NCBI GenBank assembly: GCA_963758915.1
Contig: CAVWXH010000003.1
Location: forward strand, 320,001-384,000
Source of the DNA: an uncultured Methanomicrobiales archaeon
GTDB taxonomy: Archaea; Halobacteriota; Methanomicrobia; Methanomicrobiales; Methanospirillaceae
Length of the DNA: 64,000 nt
Direction of reading: 5' to 3'
In this document: piece by piece, positions 9,251 to 19,291 of the stretch
Numbering within the stretch: the first letter of the stretch is position 1
Layout: every line of letters starts with the position of its first letter
Program-made: the position numbers and the translations under genes
Notes under the pieces: model-generated
The model's input: the letters and a program-made list of their open reading frames with translations, nothing else
What the model was told of the DNA's origin: nothing
Database searches by the model: none

Positions 9251-11140
9251 TCACCCTCTGGGATACCCTCGTTCTGTAAGGACTGCCCGTATCTCATCGA
9301 GGACTTCCGGGTCCTCTATGGTCGGAGGGACCGAAAATACCACGCCGTCCGCAATCTTTTTAATAGTCCCCCTGAGTATCTTGCCCGAACGGGTCTTTGG
9401 CAGCCTTTTAACCACTGAAACTTCCTTGAACGATGCAATCGGACCGATCCTTTCCCTCATCATCATGACAAGTTCCCGCTCGATTTCACCCGGGACACGG
9501 GACCGGCCGGACTTGAGGACAATAAGCCCAACCGGTACTTCGCCTTTTACCGGGTCATGTACCCCGGTTACGGCACATTCAGCCACATCGGGATGGTGGG
9601 ACAGCACCTCTTCCATTGCCCCGGTTGAAAGGCGGTGACCGGCAATATTGATAATATCGTCAGTCCTCCCCATAATCCAGAGGTATCCTTCCGCATCGAT
9701 GTATCCCGCATCAGATGTGTAATAATAACCCGGGTATGTTGAGAAGTATGTCCTGATAAAGTCCGCATCATTCTGCCACAGCGTCGTCAGGCAACCGGGA
9801 GGCAGGGGGGATTTAATCACGATATTGCCGTTCTGCCCGGGTGTGACCGGTTTACCTTCGGTATCAAAGACACGGACATCATAGCCTGGCACAGCCTTTG
9901 TGCAGGAACCGGGGCGTACCGGGAGTAATTCAATCCCTGCACAGTTTGCACCGATTGACCAGCCCGTTTCAGTCTGCCACCAGTGATCAATGACCGGCAC
10001 GCCAAGCTGTTCCTTTGCCCAGGTAAGGGTATCCGGGTCGCACCGTTCACCGGCGAGGAATAATACCCGGAGAGAGGAGAGGTCGTATTTCAGGAGATAG
10101 CGGGCTTCGGGGTCTTCCCTGCGTATTGCCCGGAATGCGGTGGGAGCACAGAATAATACAGATACCCCGTGCTCTGAAATAACCCGCCAGAACGCACCCG
10201 GGTCAGGTGTCCCCACCGATTTGCCCTCGTAGATGACGGTGGTGCACCCATGGAACAAAGGTCCGTACACGATATAGGAATGCCCGACGACCCATCCGAT
10301 ATCGGAAGCAGCCCAGTATACTTCGCCTGGTGACACACCGTAAATATTATCCATACTCCATTTCAGGGCGACGAGATGGCCCCCGTTATCCCGGAGGACG
10401 CCCTTCGGTTTCCCGGTAGTGCCAGATGTATAGAGAATATACAGCGGGTCTGTTGCAGCAACCGGCACACAGCCAGCCGGTGCACCCTTCATGAAGGCGG
10501 ACCAGTCGTGGTCCCGGCCTTCGATAAGCGAGACCGTCTTTTCCAGCCTCTGGACGATGACACACGCCTCGGGTTTGTGCGTACAGAGTTCTATTGCTGA
10601 ATCCAGGAGCGGTTTGTAGGGTATTATCCGGTTTACCTCGATCCCGCACGAAGAGCACATTACCACCCGTGGGCGTGCGTCCTCGATCCTGGTCGCCAGT
10701 TCTTTTGGTGCAAACCCGCCAAAGACGACCGAATGGATCGCACCGATCCGTGCACATGCCAGCATCGAAATAACTGCCTCCGGGATCATCGGCATGTAAA
10801 TGACAACGCGGTCACCCTTTGTGACACCCAGCCGGGTGAGGCCCCCGGCACATTGTGCTGCGCTGTCACGCAGCTCCCGGTACGTAAATTTTTTCACCGT
10901 TTTTGTGACAGGGCTGTCGTAAATCAATGCGACCTGGTCGGCCCTGCCATTCTCCACGTGCCGGTCCAGTGCATTATAACAGCTGTTGAGGATGCCGCCA
11001 TTAAACCAGCGTGTAAACGGCGGGTTGTGGTTATCGAGAACCTGGTCCCACTTACGGTACCAATGCACAGATTCAGCTGCCTGCCCCCAGAATTCTTCAG
11101 GGTGCTCAATTGAAAGTCTGTACACTTCATCATATCCCAA
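9251..11140 (-). CDS. prpE: Propionyl-CoA synthetase / acetate-CoA ligase (AMP-forming)
   Basis: YTSGTTGKPKG, DHWWQTETG, GRTDDIINIAGHRLSTG, LPKTRSGKILR; RDNGGH segment typical of the PrpE subgroup; TTG start. Confidence 0.85.
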   Translation of the reverse strand: MGYDEVYRLSIEHPEEFWGQAAESVHWYRKWDQVLDNHNPPFTRWFNGGILNSCYNALDRHVENGRADQVALIYDSPVTKTVKKFTYRELRDSAAQCAGGLTRLGVTKGDRVVIYMPMIPEAVISMLACARIGAIHSVVFGGFAPKELATRIEDARPRVVMCSSCGIEVNRIIPYKPLLDSAIELCTHKPEACVIVQRLEKTVSLIEGRDHDWSAFMKGAPAGCVPVAATDPLYILYTSGTTGKPKGVLRDNGGHLVALKWSMDNIYGVSPGEVYWAASDIGWVVGHSYIVYGPLFHGCTTVIYEGKSVGTPDPGAFWRVISEHGVSVLFCAPTAFRAIRREDPEARYLLKYDLSSLRVLFLAGERCDPDTLTWAKEQLGVPVIDHWWQTETGWSIGANCAGIELLPVRPGSCTKAVPGYDVRVFDTEGKPVTPGQNGNIVIKSPLPPGCLTTLWQNDADFIRTYFSTYPGYYYTSDAGYIDAEGYLWIMGRTDDIINIAGHRLSTGAMEEVLSHHPDVAECAVTGVHDPVKGEVPVGLIVLKSGRSRVPGEIERELVMMMRERIGPIASFKEVSVVKRLPKTRSGKILRGTIKKIADGVVFSVPPTIEDPEVLDEIRAVLTERGYPRG

Positions 11141-11384
11141 TTATTCCAGCCCCTGCCATGTTATTACCCACATCCATCACCGATCCGGAAATCTGTTTAT
11201 CCAGTATCGGGAACGCGGGGTTATAATAGTACTGTCATCAGCTCAGGGGAGTGAAATGGCGGCGGCGCAGGTACTGTCACGGAACGAAGTTAAAAGGGCA
11301 CAATACGAAATTCTAAAGGATAACTAAGATAGCCAGCTGTTTTTCGGTGGAGTGAAAATGATCCCGTTGCATGGGAAAAAGGTT

Positions 11385-11549
11385 TTATACCGTTATCTCT
11401 TCATCGGCAGTATGACCACGTAACAGATTTTTAAGGTTAACCATAACCCCGCCATGCAATTCTTCATTTCCTTTTAGCTTTTTTCCACACATAATACAGT
11501 AAATTGCCTCATCGGAGGCATTGAACCCACAATGTTTACACAATGTCAT
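11385..11549 (-). CDS. Small zinc-ribbon protein
   Basis: MTLCKHCGFNASDEAIYCIMCGKKL: CxxCG...CxxCG spacing. Confidence 0.6.
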   Translation of the reverse strand: MTLCKHCGFNASDEAIYCIMCGKKLKGNEELHGGVMVNLKNLLRGHTADEEITV

Positions 11550-11751
11550 GTGACCCACAACCTGGTAAGCTCCATCAATCCACTGTGAGGCAATAAAGGT
11601 ATCCATCATGCAGATCAGACATGCCGCATGTCGCCAATATGCAGCTCTTTTACAGTACAACGTCTTTTTCATCAAATTTAATGTTCCGGCCAGTTCGTAG
11701 CAGAGCGGTTCATCTATAGTAAAAAAAGGAAAGCCTGGTGATCTATCACCC

Positions 11752-13938
11752 TCACACCATGGGGTAATACACCTCACCCATGCCCGGGAGGGGGACCGTT
11801 GAGATCGTCGTATTGATATTGTCAAGGGAATTTGCCTTGATCTGTTTCGAGGAGATGGTATAGAGGACGTTCCCGATGTAGAGGGAACGTTTTACATCCG
11901 CCCCCGAGCTGCCGTAGTAGTAGTACCCGTTGTCACCGCTACCGTGCTGCACAGTCCCTTTGAGCGTGAACCCGGTCTCGGGGGTGAGGCCGAATACGTA
12001 CGCCCCGTACCATGCCTGTGGCTGGTTGTTGTAATAGCCCCCTTTGCTGACCTGGCTCATGGATACCGCCCGGATGGGGATAACGAGGAGGTTCTTGTTC
12101 CGATCGAAGAGGAATGCATGGTGGTCGGTTAGTGCCGCCGAATCAGAACCTGCGTCACCGATCTGCACCTTGTCGAGCTGTTTCGGGTTCGTAACGTCAG
12201 ATACATCGAAGAGGGCCAGTTTAACCCCGCTCGTTGAAACACCACCCCATTCATTCGATGCTGTCTCCTTGCCGATGCCGATGATATGCGTTGCATCGTA
12301 GGGGTGCAGGTAATCGGAATACCCGGGGATCTTCAGTTTTCCGAGGACCTTTGGGTTTGAAGGTGTGGAGAGGTCGATTACGAAGAACGGGTCGATCCGC
12401 TTGAACGTCACCATGTAGAGCCGGTCACCGATAAAACGGGTGGAATAAATGGTCTCCTGTTCGGCAAGACGGGTCAGTGCTCCGATCCGCTCCATCTGGC
12501 CATTAAGGACATAGACATTGTTATAGGTATACTGCCCGGACCGGGTATAGACACTTGAGGTGGTGGCAACACGGAGGTTGTCGTTATACTCGTCCATCGA
12601 AAACTGGTTCTTCAGCGTCCCGGGTACTTCACCTTTCGCGACATATTGGATCTTCCCGTCCTTTATCCCGATCTTGTGGATTACCGTGGAGGTCTGGTCT
12701 GCTTCCTGCTGCCGGATTGAGTCCTGCTCTCCGCTCCGAAGACCGCTGATGATCGCCTGTCTCTGGTCATCATTCATTGCATTGAAGTCCTGTGGAACCG
12801 GCGATGATGATACGGCCCCCGATGCCCCCGACCCTTCAATCCAGCTCACCGGTGCAGGCAGGGGCTTTGCTATTTCCATTCCGCCCCTGACCGGGTAGAC
12901 AACGGGGTGGTATTTCTGATAACTGACATACATCGCGTCCGGTGAGACATAGATAATATTTCCATTGCCTAACAGGTAGGTCTGTGCGTTTTTCTCAGTT
13001 CCGTTGGCTGCGTCGATTGCAGTAATGGTGGTGAAGGTGTACTGCTGGTCGGGATAATCGAAGTGCCAGACATCAGGCTGGACAACCGTCTTTGTCCCTT
13101 CACGGAGCGTGGGCACTATAATCCGGTCGTTGTAGTACGGGTATACCTGCTCGCGGGTGATCATGTAGATAATGGAGCCAATCATCCGGGCATCGGTGTA
13201 ATCGCCTTCAATCGTGTAGTCCTTTATCACCTTCGGGCTGGAACGGTCACTGATATCGTAGATGACCTCGTGGGTGACCGGTGAATTATATACCGGTCGC
13301 CGTGGCATTATCTCCGCGTTTACCGATGAGGTTTTCTCCTCAGGGTAATCAGGTGACCCATATCCCTGGGTAAAGAGCACAAGACGGTCCCCGGTTACAA
13401 AGAGGTCTTTCGGGGTGTCAGAAATTTCAGTCTTCGAGACAACCAAGGCTTTTTCTGCAGGGTAGGCATCGACGATGGTGAGGGTCTGGCCTGATATCGT
13501 GTAGATATACCGTGCGTCATTCTTCACGATATCTGGCTCATCCACCCCTACAACCTGGATGTTGGTCGTCGAATAATCACCAGCCCCCGAGCTGATAGTG
13601 GAGTAATCAACAGCCCCTGCTGCAGCAGGAACAGGGATGGCCATACTGTTCTTTGCCGATTCCTGGCTCGTCTGCAATGGCAGACCCGAAGATCCCGCAC
13701 CCGGGCCACCGGAGACCATGGCAGTCATTGGATAGGTACGGTACCGGTCCTGCTGGTCCGTTGCCATCGAACTCCGGATATACTGCTCAATCTCGGCCGT
13801 AGAGTTGAATTTCTTCAGGTCCATTGCAGCCGGTGCCGTTACCGGGGTTACGGCAGGGACATTTGTACAGCCCGATGCCAGTATTGCCATAAGGATGAGT
13901 GTGGCCAATAGTAATGGGATACATTTCTGGAGCGACAT
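11752..13938 (-). CDS. Secreted beta-propeller domain protein (Beta_propel family), lipoprotein-like
   Basis: Signal ending ILASGC; YSTTNIQVVGVDEPDIVK, NQFSMDEY, YMVTFKRIDPFFVIDLS, LKIPGYSDYLHP. Confidence 0.88.
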   Translation of the reverse strand: MSLQKCIPLLLATLILMAILASGCTNVPAVTPVTAPAAMDLKKFNSTAEIEQYIRSSMATDQQDRYRTYPMTAMVSGGPGAGSSGLPLQTSQESAKNSMAIPVPAAAGAVDYSTISSGAGDYSTTNIQVVGVDEPDIVKNDARYIYTISGQTLTIVDAYPAEKALVVSKTEISDTPKDLFVTGDRLVLFTQGYGSPDYPEEKTSSVNAEIMPRRPVYNSPVTHEVIYDISDRSSPKVIKDYTIEGDYTDARMIGSIIYMITREQVYPYYNDRIIVPTLREGTKTVVQPDVWHFDYPDQQYTFTTITAIDAANGTEKNAQTYLLGNGNIIYVSPDAMYVSYQKYHPVVYPVRGGMEIAKPLPAPVSWIEGSGASGAVSSSPVPQDFNAMNDDQRQAIISGLRSGEQDSIRQQEADQTSTVIHKIGIKDGKIQYVAKGEVPGTLKNQFSMDEYNDNLRVATTSSVYTRSGQYTYNNVYVLNGQMERIGALTRLAEQETIYSTRFIGDRLYMVTFKRIDPFFVIDLSTPSNPKVLGKLKIPGYSDYLHPYDATHIIGIGKETASNEWGGVSTSGVKLALFDVSDVTNPKQLDKVQIGDAGSDSAALTDHHAFLFDRNKNLLVIPIRAVSMSQVSKGGYYNNQPQAWYGAYVFGLTPETGFTLKGTVQHGSGDNGYYYYGSSGADVKRSLYIGNVLYTISSKQIKANSLDNINTTISTVPLPGMGEVYYPMV

Positions 13939-14078
13939 GGTTACTACGTGATATGGGAGGGTGACCTGATCAATATGGCGTTGACTGCGAAAAATTTCGG
14001 AGGTATAGGGCATTCCAGGAATATATCACCAGGATTCAAACCTTCGCATAACGGTTTTTCAGTCTATACCGGGCTTTT

Positions 14079-14344
14079 TGCTTTGTTAAAACCCTCTCAA
14101 TCTATCTTGTGGATTCGCGTATTCAAAAATTTAGTCACGCTCCCGGGGCTCTGCCCGCCACTTTGATGGCCCTGGTTTGGATAGGGTATGATCTCAAAAT
14201 CTCTGAGTTTTTCGTGAATTCTACCGTGTAATCTGCCCAGGGAATATCTTATTGGGAGGGGAGCAGGGAGGGGGGTGAAACCCCCTCCTGTCTGCTTATT
14301 TCCTCTCTTTAAAAAAAATAAATGTGCAGGGTTTCAACCAGGCG
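14079..14344. mobile_element. MITE-like element, copy 2 (266 bp) with probable target-site duplication
   Basis: Ends TGCTTTGTTAAAAC ... GTTTCAACCAGGCG; flanks GGGCTTTT (14071-14078) and GGGCTTTG (14345-14352); colinear with copy 1. Confidence 0.75.
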
Positions 14345-14528
14345 GGGCTTTGAACTACAACCGGGTTTTGGCCCCATTGGAAATACCACTCATCCCGAGT
14401 ACACGGTTAACTGCATCTTTGCCGGGTATTTATCCGGTTGAAGAAATTTTTTTTAACCCAATGACTAAAAAAACGTATTTGTCATATTTCAGACCTGTAT
14501 TACTTTGAAGGATATGGATTGCCGGTTC

Positions 14529-14894
14529 TCACATCCCGCCGAGTTTGTCCCGGGAGATCTTGACCCCTGCGGGGGTGATGATAATATATTTCTGTTCCCC
14601 AAGTCCGATGATGTCCCCGTTCACGTCTTTCGCGACCTCTTTCATATCCTTGAGTACACGTTCGTACATCACCTTATCAGCCCGTAGCTGTGCAATATCC
14701 ATGACCACGATGTTACCGTTGTAGATTTCATCCTTGATCATGGGACAGTCTTTGATGTCTCCTACCGTGGCAATCTTGACATAGAGTGCCGTATTTGCTG
14801 CATCCATATCCTCGGGGACTTCAAGCGTCATATAATCCTCTACATTCCGCTCTTCCTCTCCCTTTCCCATTATGGAATTCAAGAATTTTCCCAT
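14529..14894 (-). CDS. sepF: Cell division protein SepF
   Basis: N-terminal amphipathic MGKFLNSIMG; IKDEIYNGNIVVMDI, VAKDVNGDIIGLG, IIITPAGVKISRDKL. Confidence 0.9.
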   Translation of the reverse strand: MGKFLNSIMGKGEEERNVEDYMTLEVPEDMDAANTALYVKIATVGDIKDCPMIKDEIYNGNIVVMDIAQLRADKVMYERVLKDMKEVAKDVNGDIIGLGEQKYIIITPAGVKISRDKLGGM

Positions 14895-15125
14895 AAAAAA
14901 AAGGTAGATTGAATCTTATTTAATTGTATCTATAATAATTTCTGATATGCCCGTTTTTTTATGGATTTTTACGCAGATGTAATCAGATAGCCGGGATCTT
15001 TGTTGATTAACCAGGGGTCTTTCCGTGCGGTCCGGGAGACGGGATCAGGGCAGACCGGGAGGTATCATGATTTCAACCGGTGGTTTTTTAAACTCGATAA
15101 AAGATTCTTGTTACAGGTAATTCCC

Positions 15126-16244
15126 ATGAAGAACATGTCAATTCTGATACTTGCGTTAATTCTCGCCCTTGTAATAACCGGGTGTGCATCAGCTGAAGTG
15201 ACGGTTGCGGCCAAATCCACATCAAGTACACCCCAGGCCGGAAATTCGTATACTACAGGCAGCATTTATGTTGTCTCAACCCCTCCGGGGTCATCCGCTA
15301 TTCTCGACGGGGGAGAAAACCAGTTATTCACCCCGGGAACATTCTCATCTGTTCTACCCGGTGTACACAATGTAATGATTACGATGCCCGGGTACCAGCC
15401 CTCCACGTCAGTGGTAACCGTAAGCGCAGGGACGACCCAGAACGTGAATGTTGACCTTGTTAGGGTCATTTCACCCGGGAGCATATCACTCTCCTCGACT
15501 CCTAAGGGGGCAGGGTTTTATGTTGACGAGATCTACCAGGGGAAAACAGACCAGATTATCGGGAATCTTGCAGCAGGCCCGCACAAATTAGGAATTTACG
15601 AGGCGGGTTACGAGACCTGGGAAAGTACGGTTACGGTTGTAAGCGGCCAGACCACACCAGTGGTTGTTACACTTGTCCCGGAAAAAAGCCCTGATACGGG
15701 CGACCTCCAGGTCTCATCGGCACCTTCGGGTGCTGCCGTCTACCTGAACGGTAATTTCAGGGGAGTGACACCACTTGACGACTCTCTTGATATCGTCAAC
15801 CTCGCACCAGGCAGTTATACCGTCATGGTGAAAAAATCCGGGTACCAGGACTACTCGGCCACGGTATCGATACAGGCAGGGAAAAATGTACAAATGAATG
15901 CAGCCCTTCAGCCGGCAAGCCAGGCCTCTGCCTTTGCAAGTGTCCAGATTGCCTCATCCCCAGGCGGGGCTAATGTCTACGTAAACGGTGCATATATTGG
16001 TATAACTCCGCTCTCATCCCAGAAAGTGAACCCAGGGACCTACACGGTAGAAATCCGGATGGATGGATATACCCCCTATACAACAACCGGACAGGTGATA
16101 GCCGGGCAGAATATCCAGCTCACTGCAGCATTGGCCCCGGTCCCGGTAGCTACCCCGACAACCAAAGCAGGTGCAGGTCCGTTTGTGCTGGTCACGGCAC
16201 TCGGGATAATATGCATTGCAGGGTATCTCACATCGCGGCGCTGA
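15126..16244 (+). CDS. Secreted PEGA-repeat protein with C-terminal membrane anchor
   Basis: Signal peptide; four PEGA repeats (SxPxGA...GxTP...GY); PTTKA + TM + RR tail. Confidence 0.88.
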   Translation: MKNMSILILALILALVITGCASAEVTVAAKSTSSTPQAGNSYTTGSIYVVSTPPGSSAILDGGENQLFTPGTFSSVLPGVHNVMITMPGYQPSTSVVTVSAGTTQNVNVDLVRVISPGSISLSSTPKGAGFYVDEIYQGKTDQIIGNLAAGPHKLGIYEAGYETWESTVTVVSGQTTPVVVTLVPEKSPDTGDLQVSSAPSGAAVYLNGNFRGVTPLDDSLDIVNLAPGSYTVMVKKSGYQDYSATVSIQAGKNVQMNAALQPASQASAFASVQIASSPGGANVYVNGAYIGITPLSSQKVNPGTYTVEIRMDGYTPYTTTGQVIAGQNIQLTAALAPVPVATPTTKAGAGPFVLVTALGIICIAGYLTSRR

Positions 16245-16452
16245 TACCCGTGCATCCCACCTGATGCCATTGAACAGCTACCCCTTTTTTATCACCAGGG
16301 AGACACCCGGTCATCAGGATTTTACAAAAACCCACATATGGATGATGTTTATCCGGGATCACCTGTTTTTCTCCAGGAGAACGGATCGGGACTTCACTTT
16401 CACCCCACCCGCGGCAGCTTCCCATATACCATGGTACCGAAGTACCAGGCAA

Positions 16453-16680
16453 ATGGTTACTGCAACTGACTTCCGGCGCCTGACAGAGCGGTGGTCACGG
16501 ATAGCCCTCCATTTAGAGGGTCATGATGTGAAATACGGGATTGAACTGGTGCAATTACTGGAGAGAATAAAAGGCCCCGGGCTTGCATATTTCGATGACC
16601 CGCTCGAGGCAGCGATTGTCTTTACCACGATTGAGGTACTAAAGGGAAGGAAGAAGGAACGGGGCACATTTGATCCATGA
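16453..16680 (+). CDS. Small hypothetical protein
   Basis: MVTATDFRRLTERWSR...FDDPLEAAIV; protein-like 75-aa 3' part of track ORF 16216-16680. Confidence 0.6.
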   Translation: MVTATDFRRLTERWSRIALHLEGHDVKYGIELVQLLERIKGPGLAYFDDPLEAAIVFTTIEVLKGRKKERGTFDP

Positions 16681-16726
16681 AAAACAAACTGCTATATCAT
16701 AGCCAGTCCAGAAAGATATAGTCGTT

Positions 16727-16888
16727 ATGAGCCTGCTGAATTATATCCTCACCGGGGTTTCAGTCATCGCCATCGTGTATAGTTACGCGGTTGGAAGTTC
16801 GACGGGAGTCATCATATGGGCGATCGTGCTCGGGTTAAATGTTGCACTGCTCCTGGTGGAACGATCGAAAAAGCAGAAAATAATGTAA
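16727..16888 (+). CDS. Small two-TM membrane protein (not in ORF track)
   Basis: MSLLNYILTGVSVIAIVYSYAVGSSTGVIIWAIVLGLNVALLLVERSKKQKIM, 53 aa. Confidence 0.6.
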   Translation: MSLLNYILTGVSVIAIVYSYAVGSSTGVIIWAIVLGLNVALLLVERSKKQKIM

Positions 16889-17238
16889 CCCTGTGTATCA
16901 GTTCACCATGAATATTTCAGGGCCCCGGGGCTTTGTTGATACCTCCTGGAATCCATTTTAACGGTTTATTGCGGTCAGGGGCATGTTTTTGCGCCAGCAG
17001 GGGCTTTTCAGCCCCGGCACTTTGGAGGCCCGGTTGGGATAGAGGCAGTTACATGCATACCTGAAATATTCAAAAACATCTGATGTGAGCCCTGGCCGGG
17101 AATATCGTAATGAGACCGGCCGGAAGCGGGGTGTAAAAACACCCTGATAAAGCCCCTGAATTCGTTTTTATGCCACCATTGATAGTACAAGAAAGCAGAA
17201 ATCAGTTAAATCCCATTAATCCATAAAAAAATTAGCAC

Positions 17239-17931
17239 TCAAATCACTTCAGCACGAATGATCGTCACGTTCTGAAGCGGCCGGTCATTTGGTGAACCGG
17301 ACGTCGGCACCTTCCCGATAGCGTCCACGACATCCATTCCCCCGACAACATTCCCGAATACCGGGTAACTGGCATCAAAGGTGGGCCGGACGCTGTTGTC
17401 CACGAGGTTGATGAAGAACTGGGAGCCCCCGGTATTGGGTCCTGAATTTGCCATTGCGATGGCACCACGGACGTTCTTGTTGTGGCTTGTGAACTCATCC
17501 GGGATCCTGTACCCCGGGCCTCCCCTGCCGGTACCCGTCGGGTCACCGCCCTGGATCATGAACCCGTTAATCACGCGGTGGAAAATAACCCCGTTATAGT
17601 ACCCGCTCGTTACGAGCGATTCAAAATTACCGGCGGTGATGGGCATATCGGGATCAAGGGCAATGGTAATGTCCCCCATGGTCGTCCCGAGCTTCACATG
17701 TTTTGTGCCTTTTACCGGGGTTGCTATCGACGAAGTTGTATTCAGCGATGCGGCAGGGGTCATCGGGGGGGTCCCGGCTGTGGTCACGGAGGGTGCTGCA
17801 ACGGCGGTCCCGGGTTGCGATATCACCGGGGTGACCGCCTTGTCTGGAACCGTGGACTGCGTGCACCCTGCGGAGAACACGAGAGCAGCAATAAGAAGTG
17901 CGATGATACTGCACATTTTTTTCGAAGACAT
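17239..17931 (-). CDS. Cyclophilin-type peptidyl-prolyl isomerase, lipoprotein
   Basis: FSAGC lipobox-like signal; FHRVINGFMIQGGDPTGTG, AMANSGPNTGGSQFFIN. Confidence 0.95.
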   Translation of the reverse strand: MSSKKMCSIIALLIAALVFSAGCTQSTVPDKAVTPVISQPGTAVAAPSVTTAGTPPMTPAASLNTTSSIATPVKGTKHVKLGTTMGDITIALDPDMPITAGNFESLVTSGYYNGVIFHRVINGFMIQGGDPTGTGRGGPGYRIPDEFTSHNKNVRGAIAMANSGPNTGGSQFFINLVDNSVRPTFDASYPVFGNVVGGMDVVDAIGKVPTSGSPNDRPLQNVTIIRAEVI

Positions 17932-18048
17932 GGTGTATTCAGGTAGGAGGGACTGAAAAATAGATATTGCGGGCGGGGGGTTGGAATATCCGCAGGGAAC
18001 TACGGTTCCAGTCCCGGAAGCCAGGATGTGCGATACCGGTCCGACTCA

Positions 18049-18972
18049 CTATGCGGGTGATGCGGGGGGCATAGACCGCATCGACTTGTACATAAAGAAC
18101 CCCACCACGCCGAACGTGATGACCGGTGAAACCCAGTTCGGGATATGGAACCCGAAACTGTCAAGCAGCATGATGATCCCCAGGAAAAATACGGAGTACA
18201 TTGCACCGTTTTTAAGGTACTGGTATTTTTTAATGTTATCCACGTTCCGGATCGTGAGCTCCCGGACAATAAATGCACCGATACCGTTCCCGATAAGGAT
18301 GAGCGGTACAGACATCGTGAAGGCGAAAGCCCCGACTACCCCGTCGATGGAGAAGGTAGCATCGATCACTTCCAGGTAAAAGATCTTGCTCATATCCGAC
18401 ATGTTCCCATGGAGCATCTCCCTCTCGGCCTCCTCGGCATTCTGCCGGAACCCGTGGACAATAAAGAAGGCAGTAGAACCCACGACCGCACCGAATGCCA
18501 TCAGCGGGTTCCGCCCGAGGGCAAGCCAGACAATTGCCGCAAGGATGATGGAGGCAATTGCAAAAAACCAGACCCCCTTGGATGCGATATATTGCTCTCC
18601 CCGGAGCCCGAAATTTTTCTTTTCAAGAAAGAGCCAGTGGAGAAACAGGAGGATCAGGAATGTTCCCCCACCACTCAGGAGGATCGGGGCTGACTGTTCG
18701 ATCGCTTCCAGTACCAGCGGGTCGCTTGAGAATGTCGCAAAGAATGCCCCGGCCGGACTGAGTTCCGGGGTGGAAAGCCATACTATGAGCAGGGGTAGCA
18801 GGCCACGGATGGCGAAAACCGCGATTAATAACCCCCATACCAAAAACCATCGCCGTGCCCGCTCACTCATGGTTGAGAGTACTTCGGCATTGATAATCGC
18901 ATTATCAATACTCGTGATCGTCTCAAACAGGATAAGGCCGGCAAGTATGAGGATTATGGCAGTAAATTCCAT
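18049..18972 (-). CDS. DUF475 / TerC-like integral membrane protein
   Basis: SIDNAIINA, YLEVIDATFSIDGVVGAFAF, YQYLKNGAMYS. Confidence 0.88.
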   Translation of the reverse strand: MEFTAIILILAGLILFETITSIDNAIINAEVLSTMSERARRWFLVWGLLIAVFAIRGLLPLLIVWLSTPELSPAGAFFATFSSDPLVLEAIEQSAPILLSGGGTFLILLFLHWLFLEKKNFGLRGEQYIASKGVWFFAIASIILAAIVWLALGRNPLMAFGAVVGSTAFFIVHGFRQNAEEAEREMLHGNMSDMSKIFYLEVIDATFSIDGVVGAFAFTMSVPLILIGNGIGAFIVRELTIRNVDNIKKYQYLKNGAMYSVFFLGIIMLLDSFGFHIPNWVSPVITFGVVGFFMYKSMRSMPPASPA

Positions 18973-19291
18973 TTATCTGCATATGATCTGTTTGAGAACT
19001 CATATCAATATATTGAGCAGACGGTCGGTTGGTGGTACACCAGTTATTACAAACCGGGGGGAATTCCGGCAGAATGAAAGATGACATCGCGGTATATCAG
19101 GAGCCGTATACATGGGGGGTCCTCCATTGTTTTCCCCATTACAACCCATCAGATTTGCTACCGGGCATTCCATTGTATCACCCGGGCAGGAAAGAATAAG
19201 GGGTACATAATTAAAATACCCGGTATTATTGGTATTCCTGTCACAGGAAATCTATAATTGAGATTCTGACATATTAGCAGGTACTGCCAAA

